Below, piece after piece: positions 14,761 to 23,598 of a DNA stretch of 42,941 nt. Made by a program: the position numbers and the translations under genes. The DNA lies in NCBI GenBank assembly GCA_030592655.1, contig JAUVIQ010000003.1, positions 1 through 42,941 on the forward strand, given 5' to 3'. This DNA comes from Planctomycetales bacterium. GTDB taxonomy: Bacteria; Planctomycetota; Phycisphaerae; SM23-33. The number at the start of each line of letters is the position of its first letter. The first letter of the stretch is position 1. The notes under the pieces are model-generated. The model was not told the origin of the DNA. It was given only the letters and a program-made list of their open reading frames with translations, and did no database searches.

Positions 14761-17700
14761 ATTGCCAAACGCATACAGATATCCGTCCGCCGAGCCGACA
14801 TAGACGGTTCCGTCTGCGCCGATTGCCGGTGAGGAGAGCACTGAACCGCCTGTCAGGCATTTCCAGATCAACTTACCCTTGGGGCTCAGGCAGTACAGAT
14901 AGTGATCGTGGGAACCGAAGAATATCTTGCCCTCGGCATCGACTGCCGGAGAAGAAAGGACACGGTCTCCCGTCTTGTATTTCCACTTCTCTTTGCCATT
15001 CTTATCTACGGCGTAGAGATATTCGTCACGGGAACCGAAATAAACCGTACCGTCCGACCCTATAGCGGGTGAACAGGTTACCTGATCTCCGACCTTGTAT
15101 CTCCACTTCAGTGAGCCGTCAAATCCAAGGGCAAGCAGGCATCCTCTTGCTTTACTGGAGGCCACGTAAACCGTCTCGGCCGCCACCGAGACAGCCGGAG
15201 AAGATGTAATCCTGCCTCCGCCTTCAGGCGGCGTGTATGTCCATTTTATTTTCCCTTCAGCATTGACGGCGACGACAGCGCTCATCCCATGACCTGCTGA
15301 CCCAATATAGACAGTCCCATCAGGGCCAAAGGCCGGTGCGGACATATGAAGCTGGCGGTAGTGCTTTCCTTTGTCTTTGACTTTGCATGCCCATTTCAAC
15401 TTCCCATCAGGACGGATCGCATACATCTGAAAATTCCGGCCGGACCTGTTCTGTCCTACCCCATAATAGATCGCCCCGTCAGGTCCCTGGATGGGCCAGA
15501 ACCGCCAATGATGCTTCGGGTCTTCGTATTCCCATTTTGATTTTCCTTCCGGACTGAGGGCGCGAAGCCTCGTTGCCCCATGATCGTAACTTTCCGCCAC
15601 ATAGAGCGTTCCATCACGCCCAATGGCCGGGGCGTACGAGCCGGGACTCCAGAGGTGCCTGATAAAAGTCGCCTTGTACCGCCACTTGCGGGTGCCGTCA
15701 GGGTTCACCGCGTGAAGGGTCGGAAGCATCACATTATCGCTTATATAGATTGTCCCATCTCCGCCGATTACCGGCGAGGAGTTTAATATCTCTCCATCGG
15801 TCTTATACCTCCACAGAGGGCGGCATTTTGATGGGCCGACGTGGGGGCTCCTGCCTGTATGGGCATGGTCCGGCCCCCGGAAACAGGGCCAGGGACTCCT
15901 GGCCGTCTTCACCGGTGGGCGAGTCTTTCTTGCCGGGACGGGTTCGGTGGCCTTGTCCAATACCACCTTTACCGTGTGTGCCGGCTTGTTTGGGTCCTTG
16001 CGATACCAGTCAGGTCCGGGGTCTATACCCTTAATCTCGCCGAAGCGACCGTCGGGAGCGATAACCTGCACAGTATAGGTGAATTCCTGTTGGTCGTCCT
16101 GGCCCCGTATATAGTCAGTCAGCACTAAAGTATTTGCTTTATCGCTCGGTGGGGCTGTGTGTCCGTCTTCGCCTGTGGGAACCGCCGTTTTCAGGTCGTT
16201 AACGTCCAGCCACACCTTAATCCACCTGTTATAGGTGAGGTTCCGGCCCACCCAGTCGCGCTTCTCTGCGAGGTTCTCGGCCGGATACTTCACATCGTCC
16301 ACTTCATTGGTAACCCGCACCCTGCATCCGGACGCAGGCTTACCCTCCTTGTCAACAGCCAGAACATCCAGGTAATACTTAGGCACAACCCACGCCTTGC
16401 TGCTCCGGGCCTTCGGCTTCTTGAACTTGCAGTTGAGAAGACTGACTGTGCAACTCATCTGCGTGGTCTCGTAGAAATAAGGCCTCCGCCAGTCGTTGAA
16501 CCGGTAGCCCTTTTTAGCAGAGATATTATCAAGACGGGAGTTTAGAATTGTTACCCTGTGTAAGTCGTCCCCACCGATGAAGGTGATGTCCAGCGGCTTT
16601 TCCTTGCCGCTGATGGTGCAGTCTTCAATCCTGAAATTGACCAGTTCCTTGCGGTTATAGAACCACAATCCCTTTTTGCCCTTTCCTGCCATTCGCTTCT
16701 TTGAAGAGTCGTAAGTACGTCCTTTCCAGTAGTTTCCGATATCGACTTCCACCAGATCCACCAGTTTGCACCTCCTGAGAATCATCTCACCCGGACTGTC
16801 AATGAAGAGATTCCCGCAGTTGGAAATGGTTGCATCGGTGGCCAGGAATCTGCCTGAGAAACTCATAGCGGGGTATCCGCTCCACTTTTTGTAGTGTTCC
16901 CACTTGCAGGCGGAGGTGAAAGCCCAGAGGTAATAGAAATCGTTGCCGGAAGTGACGGTGGCGTTGTTCAGCCGGACAGTGGAGCAGTTCTCTACACGAA
17001 TCTGATGCTCGCCGTCCTTATTGCAGTGCATCTTGAGGGTCTCGCCGTCAATGACAAGTTCGGCTCCGGGGCTGATGACCAGGTCGGTGTGGCAGGTCGC
17101 GGTTTTTGTGGCCGGGTCGTATCGAAAGATTTTCGGGTCGTTTATCGCCTCGGCGATGTCCTTCAGCCTGACGCCGTGCCCGTCTATGATGATACCTTTC
17201 CTTTTTTCCTGGTGGTCTTTCTTCCAGGAGCAGTCATCTCTGTACTCGTCGAAGCGTATCGACTTTTTCGGCCAGACCGGTCGGTCATAGACCTGCACGC
17301 AGTCAACCCACCTGCCCCAGAATCGCAGTGAGTCAACTTCCTTGAGCGTGTTTTCGTTGGCCAGGCTGTAGAACCACAGCTGCCCGTCGATCCAGACCCA
17401 GAACCACCCGTCCTTTGTTCGGACTATCCTCACCTCAGCCCAGTCATCGGTATCGTCGGCCCATGACGAGCAGCATTCTCCCATGGACGATCGTCCCATG
17501 CAGTGCACCTTGATAGGGCCGTACTTCGAAGGCAGCGTAAAGTCCCATGCCCCGCTGTTCATTGGTTTGGCGATATAATAATAATAACGAGGGTCCTCGC
17601 CGCGAGATATGCGCCACGAAAATGAACCGCGTTTGCCTTTGGGTCCGTACCTGCGCTGCCATATCCAGGTCCCGTAGGCGTTCTTGCAAGGTGTTACTGC

Positions 17701-18201
17701 CACAGTGCGATGAAGTGAGCAGTAGGAAAGGTCGATTTTCTTTTTCGACTCCCACTTCGGCAGAGGTCTGCCCCAGGGGTCCTTCTGCGACCGGTCGGGA
17801 CAGAAATAGTCAAACAGGACCGGCGCTTCTGATTTGGTCAGCGTCGAGACCACCCATTCCTGGTGTGCCGCACCGTCCTTGTTGCTCGCTTCAAGATGAA
17901 TTTCCCAGACGCCTTTTCCATCAGGCACAGTCCAGGCAAAGGTGTCGGCTTTTGCTTCCTGAACGGCCTTGTTGACCTGCCATTCGTATTTTTCCGCCCC
18001 TTCTGCCTTTACCTTGAAGGCGATCTTGTCGCCCGCTTTTACCAGGTACATTACGTCCCCGGCGTTATCTTTATTTTGGGGTTTGCCTCCTTCGGAAGAG
18101 AATTCTTTTATCACCGGCGGGGCTGCGTGAACGAGACTACCCGTAACCAACCACGTCAATGTAATCAAGCAGGACAAGGTTACCAATCTAACCTTTTTCA
18201 T
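14758..18201 (-). CDS. Secreted multidomain protein with C-terminal PQQ/BamB-like beta-propeller (paralog)
   Basis: Start set at MKKVRLVTLSC, matching the paralog, with RBS GGGAG. Same domain order and propeller blades as 11138-14641. Confidence 0.85.
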   Translation of the reverse strand: MKKVRLVTLSCLITLTWLVTGSLVHAAPPVIKEFSSEGGKPQNKDNAGDVMYLVKAGDKIAFKVKAEGAEKYEWQVNKAVQEAKADTFAWTVPDGKGVWEIHLEASNKDGAAHQEWVVSTLTKSEAPVLFDYFCPDRSQKDPWGRPLPKWESKKKIDLSYCSLHRTVAVTPCKNAYGTWIWQRRYGPKGKRGSFSWRISRGEDPRYYYYIAKPMNSGAWDFTLPSKYGPIKVHCMGRSSMGECCSSWADDTDDWAEVRIVRTKDGWFWVWIDGQLWFYSLANENTLKEVDSLRFWGRWVDCVQVYDRPVWPKKSIRFDEYRDDCSWKKDHQEKRKGIIIDGHGVRLKDIAEAINDPKIFRYDPATKTATCHTDLVISPGAELVIDGETLKMHCNKDGEHQIRVENCSTVRLNNATVTSGNDFYYLWAFTSACKWEHYKKWSGYPAMSFSGRFLATDATISNCGNLFIDSPGEMILRRCKLVDLVEVDIGNYWKGRTYDSSKKRMAGKGKKGLWFYNRKELVNFRIEDCTISGKEKPLDITFIGGDDLHRVTILNSRLDNISAKKGYRFNDWRRPYFYETTQMSCTVSLLNCKFKKPKARSSKAWVVPKYYLDVLAVDKEGKPASGCRVRVTNEVDDVKYPAENLAEKRDWVGRNLTYNRWIKVWLDVNDLKTAVPTGEDGHTAPPSDKANTLVLTDYIRGQDDQQEFTYTVQVIAPDGRFGEIKGIDPGPDWYRKDPNKPAHTVKVVLDKATEPVPARKTRPPVKTARSPWPCFRGPDHAHTGRSPHVGPSKCRPLWRYKTDGEILNSSPVIGGDGTIYISDNVMLPTLHAVNPDGTRKWRYKATFIRHLWSPGSYAPAIGRDGTLYVAESYDHGATRLRALSPEGKSKWEYEDPKHHWRFWPIQGPDGAIYYGVGQNRSGRNFQMYAIRPDGKLKWACKVKDKGKHYRQLHMSAPAFGPDGTVYIGSAGHGMSAVVAVNAEGKIKWTYTPPEGGGRITSSPAVSVAAETVYVASSKARGCLLALGFDGSLKWRYKVGDQVTCSPAIGSDGTVYFGSRDEYLYAVDKNGKEKWKYKTGDRVLSSPAVDAEGKIFFGSHDHYLYCLSPKGKLIWKCLTGGSVLSSPAIGADGTVYVGSADGYLYAFGN

Positions 18202-18220
18202 TCTTTTGTCTCCCTGTAAC

Positions 18221-20089
18221 TCATTCTGACCGCCGAGGTTTCGATTTTGACGCCGACTCCGTATTCCCATATGCGCCTATATTTGTCCTTCCGCCGTTCG
18301 GGACCGGTTCCTGCGAAAAAACAGTCTTCGGGTCGCCGGCGTCGATGCAAGGACTATGCACGGCGTCTTTTACCCATTTCCCGGCCTTCGGGTCCCATCG
18401 ACCGGCTTTGCTCTTGAGATGAAAATCCGCTTTGGACGGGTCGGCAAATAACGGGGCAACGGAAATATCGCCGGGCCCGGCGATACATCCATTGTAGTTG
18501 CCCTTCGTATTGTTCCAGACATCGTTATGGCCAAGAGTGATTTTACCCTTGATGGCGTTGATTCCGTAACCTTTGTTATTCGCGATTATATTGTTGGATA
18601 CGTTCAGGAAAGAATAGAACTTACTCTTCAATACAATACCGTCGCCGCTGTTGTTGTAGATTACGTTGTTTATTATGTCCGCATTGCTGCCGGGGCTGAC
18701 ATTATAACCTATGTCCGTCATGTATATTCCGAAACCGTTGCAGTCGAATATGCGATTGTTCACGATGAGTATGTTGTTTATTGGTCCCTGGGGTTTCGCC
18801 ATAATGCCCGCACAAAATTTTCCGTATTGCCTCGCCCCCCTTACAGTGTTATTGATAACTATCGCATCATGTACACTTGCCTCCATGTATATGCCTCTCT
18901 GACTTGCATTTACAACCTCATTGTCGCGCACGTTATAAGGCCCTCCAAGGTCCATGCACAAGGCAGCATTCACGCCACAGTTCTCGACGTAGTTACCCAC
19001 TACGTGTATGTCCCTGTTACCGGTGTCAATGTGCAGACCCCACGTAGTCTGCGGAAAATCCTTGAACGTATTGTTGACCACATAGACGGGGTTGGAGTGA
19101 TAGAGCGACATGGCGCTGTGATGTCCGATACAATTCCTGACAATTACGTTTTTACTGCGTACTTTCGCGTCGCCGTGCGAGAATGAATTTGTAACGACTA
19201 TCCTGCCAAGATAAGAGGAATTTTCTATGCCCTCGACGACCAGGTTGTCAACGTTCCAGGCGAGTATCACGCACCCGCCTCGAATGCGCTTGGTAACCGA
19301 ACCTGTAACCTTGAATCCGCGGAATACAATGTTCTCAACTTTGCCGAACGTGGCCCCGGTATTATCGCCCTTCGGTCTTTCGTTTGGTATTACAAAGACT
19401 CTCCGCACGCCGTCGTGTGCTTTTATTTCCGACTTGCGCGTTCCACAGACAACAACGTTGCTTATCTTGATGTAGATAGTCTTCGGCGCGTCGTGCAGGC
19501 CGGGGGCGAGTTCCACTATCCCGCCTTCGGGCGGAAGTGAATCTATCGCCTTCTGGATTGACTCACCCGGCTTGACTTTTGTCAGGAAGGTGGAAACTAT
19601 CCAGTCCTTGCGCGACTCGAAGGGATAGACGTTCAGGTCGATTACTTGTTGAATGAAGCCGCTGAAATCAATTTTCCGCCCCCTTCTACCGACGCGAGGT
19701 TTGAATCGGTCCTTCCAGACCGCGAAATCCTTCTGTGCCCATTCTTCTCGCGCCTTGTTCGTCGTCTTGAGACATATCTTCCACATCCCCTTCTTCTCAG
19801 GCACAGCCCAGGTGAACGATGCGTCTTTGGCTTTGGCCTGAACCGTTCCATTCACCAGCCAGACGTATTTCTCTGCGCCTTGGGCCTCGCCACGGCGAGT
19901 CTCGCCTGCGGCGGACTTGACGGTAAAGGAAATCTTCTCTCCGGGTTTGGCCTGAAATACGGTCTTTGCGTCTCCGGTTCCGGTGTTGGACCAGGAGGTG
20001 ATTTTGGGAGGTTCAGCCCCTTCAGCCGGTGAACTCAAAGACAGGCAGGAAAGTGCAACTACGATCGCTGTAACCAATCTTGTAGGCAT
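18221..20089 (-). CDS. Secreted right-handed parallel beta-helix protein (paralog of 9211-11064)
   Basis: Signal peptide; SIQKAIDSLPPEGGIVEL; Asn-ladder repeats; SPCIDAGDP...IGAYGNT tail; RBS AAGGAG. Confidence 0.82.
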   Translation of the reverse strand: MPTRLVTAIVVALSCLSLSSPAEGAEPPKITSWSNTGTGDAKTVFQAKPGEKISFTVKSAAGETRRGEAQGAEKYVWLVNGTVQAKAKDASFTWAVPEKKGMWKICLKTTNKAREEWAQKDFAVWKDRFKPRVGRRGRKIDFSGFIQQVIDLNVYPFESRKDWIVSTFLTKVKPGESIQKAIDSLPPEGGIVELAPGLHDAPKTIYIKISNVVVCGTRKSEIKAHDGVRRVFVIPNERPKGDNTGATFGKVENIVFRGFKVTGSVTKRIRGGCVILAWNVDNLVVEGIENSSYLGRIVVTNSFSHGDAKVRSKNVIVRNCIGHHSAMSLYHSNPVYVVNNTFKDFPQTTWGLHIDTGNRDIHVVGNYVENCGVNAALCMDLGGPYNVRDNEVVNASQRGIYMEASVHDAIVINNTVRGARQYGKFCAGIMAKPQGPINNILIVNNRIFDCNGFGIYMTDIGYNVSPGSNADIINNVIYNNSGDGIVLKSKFYSFLNVSNNIIANNKGYGINAIKGKITLGHNDVWNNTKGNYNGCIAGPGDISVAPLFADPSKADFHLKSKAGRWDPKAGKWVKDAVHSPCIDAGDPKTVFSQEPVPNGGRTNIGAYGNTESASKSKPRRSE

Positions 20090-20193
20090 TTTTGTTTCTC
20101 CTTTCGCTCTTTCAGTAAGTTACTCGAACTGACCGATTTAACCTGAATATCTGCCGTAAGTTTTGTTTTTATTTTACAAAATGTCGTAGCAAC

Positions 20194-20271
20194 ACGTACC
20201 ACGGGCGTCTCGCCCGTGAATTCTGTGGCTTTTTCCTGCTTTTTCGCACGGGCGAGACGCCCGTGCTACGT
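20194..20271. repeat. REP doublet (REPIN-like)
   Basis: Two inverted copies of (GTAG/GTAC)CACGGGCGTCTCGCCCGTG at 20194-20218 and 20247-20271, 24/25 match. Each copy is itself palindromic with a GTAG-type foot. Confidence 0.75.
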
Positions 20272-20300
20272 ATTCGGTCAGTTTGAGTAACGTAGTAGTT

Positions 20301-21938
20301 CTATGGACTAATCTCGTAAACGTGCACTCCGTATCCTTTGAATACATCGGTGAAGGAATTCGTAACTACCTTCGGCGCCTTCCTGTTCTCAAAGAGAACA
20401 GAGAGCCTGAATCCCGGCTTCAACCCTGGCAGCGTGAAAGTCGCCTTGATTTCTTTGGTATTCGGATTAGCGACAAAAATGTGTTTTTTACCGCCGTGTT
20501 CCTTCAACAGGTAGTGCAGGCCCGAATCGGCGGGAGTAACGCTTATCTCCTGCTTCGGCGTAGCCGACAAGATGACCGGGGCCAATTGCTTCAGTTCGGC
20601 GGTAAGGCCCTTAAACGAGTTCCACAGCGCCGGTTCGGTCTTGCGTTTCATCTGGGGATAAGAGAAATAGCAGAACCCCTTGACCCCGTGAATCAGTGTC
20701 ATATAGGTCATGCATCGTTCCTGGGCCACGGTTGGAAGGACCCTGCCGTCGCCTTTCCATTCATACGCCTGTATCCACCACCAGACGGGTTTTTTACCCC
20801 CGACCGCCTCGGAGGCCTGGTCCATCCAATCGGTGTCCTGGGTCAGCCTTGCCGAGCGGGTCTTGACCGGATATGCACAGGACATCAGAACGTCCGTCAT
20901 CTTCGCAAGGGCCTGAAAGGTTCGTGGGTTGGCGGCATTTATAATAATAGGTCTGCTGGGGTCGGCCTTCCTTATGATCGCGGCAGCCTTCCGTGCCGGG
21001 GCCAGGGCTTTCCGGCTCGGTTCATCCTTCGGATGCCAGCCAAGGACAGCCGGATTGTCCTTATACCTGGAAACCTGCCTGCGTATCTCGTCCCACTCCC
21101 GCATGTCGGTCAGGAGACTGAAATCAATAAAAGCGAACATCCCGGCATCATACACATCATCGAGCAGATGCACCGAGTCCTGAACCAACCATACAGTATT
21201 GAAGCCTTGTGCTTTAACCGCCTTAACACCGGCCTTGTCTTTGGGATGGGCGATTCCGATGGGAAGGAACGGTTTTGAGTCAAGCAGCAAGGCGTTGCTG
21301 GTTTTATCTATCTTTATCTTCGGCCTCTTTCGATAAACGCGGGGTTTTGTGGTCGTAGTCGGTTTAGATGGCGCTTTGCCCGAAGCATAAAGGCTCACAT
21401 CATCCACCCAAATCCTGTTATTGGGTTTCTTTCCCGGTGCGGGGTTAACATATATCGCCAATACGTCCATATCGGCGGGCATGGAGAAGGTCGCCTCGTG
21501 CCTTTGCCATTCCTTGTTCTTATAGATTTTTCCGAACAGCAACTTCCCCTTTCTTCCAATACCCCACCTCATAGGGTATGGAGCGGCGTGGATTCTTACT
21601 GAACAGCCATCTTCAACACCGTTCCATTTTGTGTAAAGGGAGAACTTATACTGCCTGCCCTTATCCAGGTTGAATACCCACTTGGTACCCCACGGAGTGC
21701 CCTCGTCGGGATCGGAGATAATGCACATGCAGGCATTGCCCGAACGGAACGTGCTTTTATCCACGAACATATTATTCGGCCTGCACTGAAGTCTGTACCA
21801 GCCTCGCGGAAGACTGGCGTCATACTCGTCGGGCCTCTCAAACCCGGGATTCCCGATCAGGTTCGGTTGGGTTGCACAAGCCGACACGGAAATCAGGACA
21901 ACCACCAGGAACGTCAAATATACCGACGTCGTTTTCAT
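20301..21938 (-). CDS. Secreted protein: CBM4/9-like domain plus glycoside-hydrolase-like TIM barrel
   Basis: Signal peptide; NLIGNPGFE...VWVDDVSL-type jelly-roll ends (IWVDDVSL here); PT-rich linker; GFNTV and YKDNPAVLGWHPKDEP resemble clan GH-A enzymes. Confidence 0.65.
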   Translation of the reverse strand: MKTTSVYLTFLVVVLISVSACATQPNLIGNPGFERPDEYDASLPRGWYRLQCRPNNMFVDKSTFRSGNACMCIISDPDEGTPWGTKWVFNLDKGRQYKFSLYTKWNGVEDGCSVRIHAAPYPMRWGIGRKGKLLFGKIYKNKEWQRHEATFSMPADMDVLAIYVNPAPGKKPNNRIWVDDVSLYASGKAPSKPTTTTKPRVYRKRPKIKIDKTSNALLLDSKPFLPIGIAHPKDKAGVKAVKAQGFNTVWLVQDSVHLLDDVYDAGMFAFIDFSLLTDMREWDEIRRQVSRYKDNPAVLGWHPKDEPSRKALAPARKAAAIIRKADPSRPIIINAANPRTFQALAKMTDVLMSCAYPVKTRSARLTQDTDWMDQASEAVGGKKPVWWWIQAYEWKGDGRVLPTVAQERCMTYMTLIHGVKGFCYFSYPQMKRKTEPALWNSFKGLTAELKQLAPVILSATPKQEISVTPADSGLHYLLKEHGGKKHIFVANPNTKEIKATFTLPGLKPGFRLSVLFENRKAPKVVTNSFTDVFKGYGVHVYEISP

Positions 21939-21989
21939 TTCCTGCTCCCTTCGTTCTTACCGTTACTTTCCATCTTACCCTTTTCATCG

Positions 21990-22018
21990 CTTATAGGCTG
22001 TCCGACCAGGTCTGTCAA
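21990..22018 (-). promoter_or_regulatory. Putative sigma70 promoter for the secreted-protein cluster
   Basis: TTGACA-N17-TATAAG on the minus strand, ~50 nt upstream of the 21938 start. Confidence 0.55.
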
Positions 22019-22058
22019 CAATCAGGGAAATAGTAAATAAATAGGGGAAATGATTTAC

Positions 22059-22095
22059 GAAACGCGGCGGGTTGTTGAGCAAACAACCCGCCGCG
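22059..22095 (-). terminator. Probable intrinsic terminator downstream of the PilZ gene
   Basis: 14-bp stem CGCGGCGGGTTGTT / AACAACCCGCCGCG followed by a short T run on the minus strand. Confidence 0.55.
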
Positions 22096-22151
22096 CACAA
22101 AATTTACGCCCCCCACCCTCGTTGTTTCACCTCCGTAACCTGATCCGCCGT

Positions 22152-22502
22152 TTATGCAGCCACGGCTACGGGCGCTTCGTAAGCAGCCAGACCCAGAGCG
22201 GAAGGATCAAACTCCAGACCCGCACGGTACCCCTCCTCGATCTTTCGACAACGAACTACCGTGGCGTTCAGATTCCTTCGCTTATCATCAGGATGTAACG
22301 GAACAGATAAGACAATCCGCTGACCGGGATACAACCACCGTTCACTTACCACACCCATCCCGCCGCGAGAAATATCGACCATATGAAGGGTGTTTCGGAC
22401 GTCTCCACCGTCAGGGTCAAGCCGAACCCCGTGAAGCATCATCTGAAGATGCGTACGAGGATAACGACGACGCTCCGGAGGACTATAGCATAAACTATTC
22501 AT
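22152..22502 (-). CDS. Stand-alone PilZ domain protein (c-di-GMP receptor)
   Basis: ERRRYPR (RxxxR) and DISRGG (DxSxxG) motifs; C-terminal YRAGLEF. Confidence 0.85.
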   Translation of the reverse strand: MNSLCYSPPERRRYPRTHLQMMLHGVRLDPDGGDVRNTLHMVDISRGGMGVVSERWLYPGQRIVLSVPLHPDDKRRNLNATVVRCRKIEEGYRAGLEFDPSALGLAAYEAPVAVAA

Positions 22503-22538
22503 AGCACATGCTCCAAAAGTAACCCAAGTCCTTCCGAT

Positions 22539-22565
22539 GTATCGACTGGTAAAATAGGCGACTTA
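22539..22565 (-). promoter_or_regulatory. Putative sigma28 (FliA/WhiG-type) promoter for the PilZ gene
   Basis: TAAG-N15-GTCGATAC versus the consensus TAAA-N15-GCCGATAA. Confidence 0.5.
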
Positions 22566-22598
22566 AGCAATCTGCGTAAAATATTACGATTGAAACAA

Positions 22599-22790
22599 TA
22601 GCAGGGATACAGGGGATGCAGGGGATGAAAAAAGAATATTGAATATTGAACAGAGAATTTTGAATAACGAAGTAAAAAAAACATTCCTCAAAGCTAACTC
22701 GTTTCTTTTACTTCAGAATTCGACATTCCGTGTTCATTATTCAATATTCATTTTTTCTGTTTATCCCCTGCATCCCCTATATCCCTGCTA
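22599..22790. repeat. Nested hairpin: outer CAGGGGATG 9-mer arms enclosing an inner AATATTG element (22634-22749)
   Basis: Outer arms TAGCAGGGATACAGGGGATGCAGGGGAT / ATCCCCTGCATCCCCTATATCCCTGCTA. The outer element occurs alone at 36036-36103; the inner one recurs at 6508-7987. Confidence 0.85.
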
Positions 22791-22806
22791 ATTTTTTTTT
22801 CGCGGG

Positions 22807-22834
22807 TTGTCAGAATGAAAAGGTGTGGTATAAT
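22807..22834 (+). promoter_or_regulatory. Putative sigma70 promoter (extended -10)
   Basis: TTGTCA-N16-TATAAT with TG one base before the -10 box. Confidence 0.45.
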
Positions 22835-22860
22835 AGATGTTGACGGAAAGGTTTTATGCG

Positions 22861-23406
22861 ATGCCGATAAGACAACAAAAACAACGAGTCTCGCAGCTGC
22901 GGCTGTTACTGTTCAGCAGGCCTGTGCATCCGGAACTGTTCGAGATATATCACGACCACCGTATCGTCAAAGACGGATACGAGGCCCAGATTTGGATTAC
23001 AGGCGTAAGCCACTTGACGGCATTCCATCGCGGTAAAGCGACAGTAACGGAAATAATTGCCGATACCTCGGCGATGATGCCGAGACACGGGAAACTGGCG
23101 TCGCTACGACTCCGGGGCGAAAAAGACCACGAAGTCGATGCCGGTCCGATACGACACATGATGAGTTTCCAGGTCGAGACGATGAGCCAGCGACTCTACG
23201 AGCGCGTCCATGCCGACCTGGTCGAACAGGCCGACCGGGGCGGATTGTTCCTGTCGTTCCCGGAGTGGGTTCCGGCCGATACGCTGGAACCATTCACCTA
23301 CATCGACTACGACGCCAAGCCCGGACATCTGCACGTATTCGCCTACCATGCATTCCCCGATGAGTTGACACTCATAAAAACTCAGTCTATATTCGAGCTG
23401 ATCTAG
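22861..23406 (+). CDS. DUF2617-family protein
   Basis: LFSRPVHPELF near the N-terminus and HAFPDELTLIKTQSIFE at the C-terminus, recognised from memory of the family. ATG start at 22861 preferred over TTG at 22837. Confidence 0.65.
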   Translation: MPIRQQKQRVSQLRLLLFSRPVHPELFEIYHDHRIVKDGYEAQIWITGVSHLTAFHRGKATVTEIIADTSAMMPRHGKLASLRLRGEKDHEVDAGPIRHMMSFQVETMSQRLYERVHADLVEQADRGGLFLSFPEWVPADTLEPFTYIDYDAKPGHLHVFAYHAFPDELTLIKTQSIFELI

Positions 23407-23407
23407 G

Positions 23408-23579
23408 AACCACGAATTGCACGAATAAAAGACGAATTACACAAATTTCAGAAAAAGAAAAAACAGTTCGTGTAATTCGTAAAATTTGTGGTATTCTACG
23501 GGATTCGTGTAATTCGTGAAAATTCGTGGTATTTTGTAGAATTCGTGTAATTCGTCTTTTATTCGTGTAATTCGTGTTA
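23408..23579. repeat. CACGAATT(A)-based 9-mer tandem/inverted hairpin element
   Basis: Left arm CACGAATTGCACGAATAAAAGACGAATTACAC pairs with GTGTAATTCGTCTTTTATTCGTGTAATTCGTG. Extra TTCGTG(T)AA units lie between the arms. Confidence 0.85.
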
Positions 23580-23598
23580 AGAGATTAGTGGAATAGAA

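Noticed and set aside
9211-20089. Diversity-generating retroelement or shufflon explanation for the paralog array
   Set aside because: No reverse transcriptase or recombinase. Differences in the 67-bp repeat pair are synonymous rather than adenine-specific, and no inverted recombination sites were seen.
23408-23579. Possible CRISPR array in the TTCGTGTAA tract (and other tandem tracts)
   Set aside because: Units are 7-9 bp with no unique 25-45-bp spacers, and there are no cas genes.
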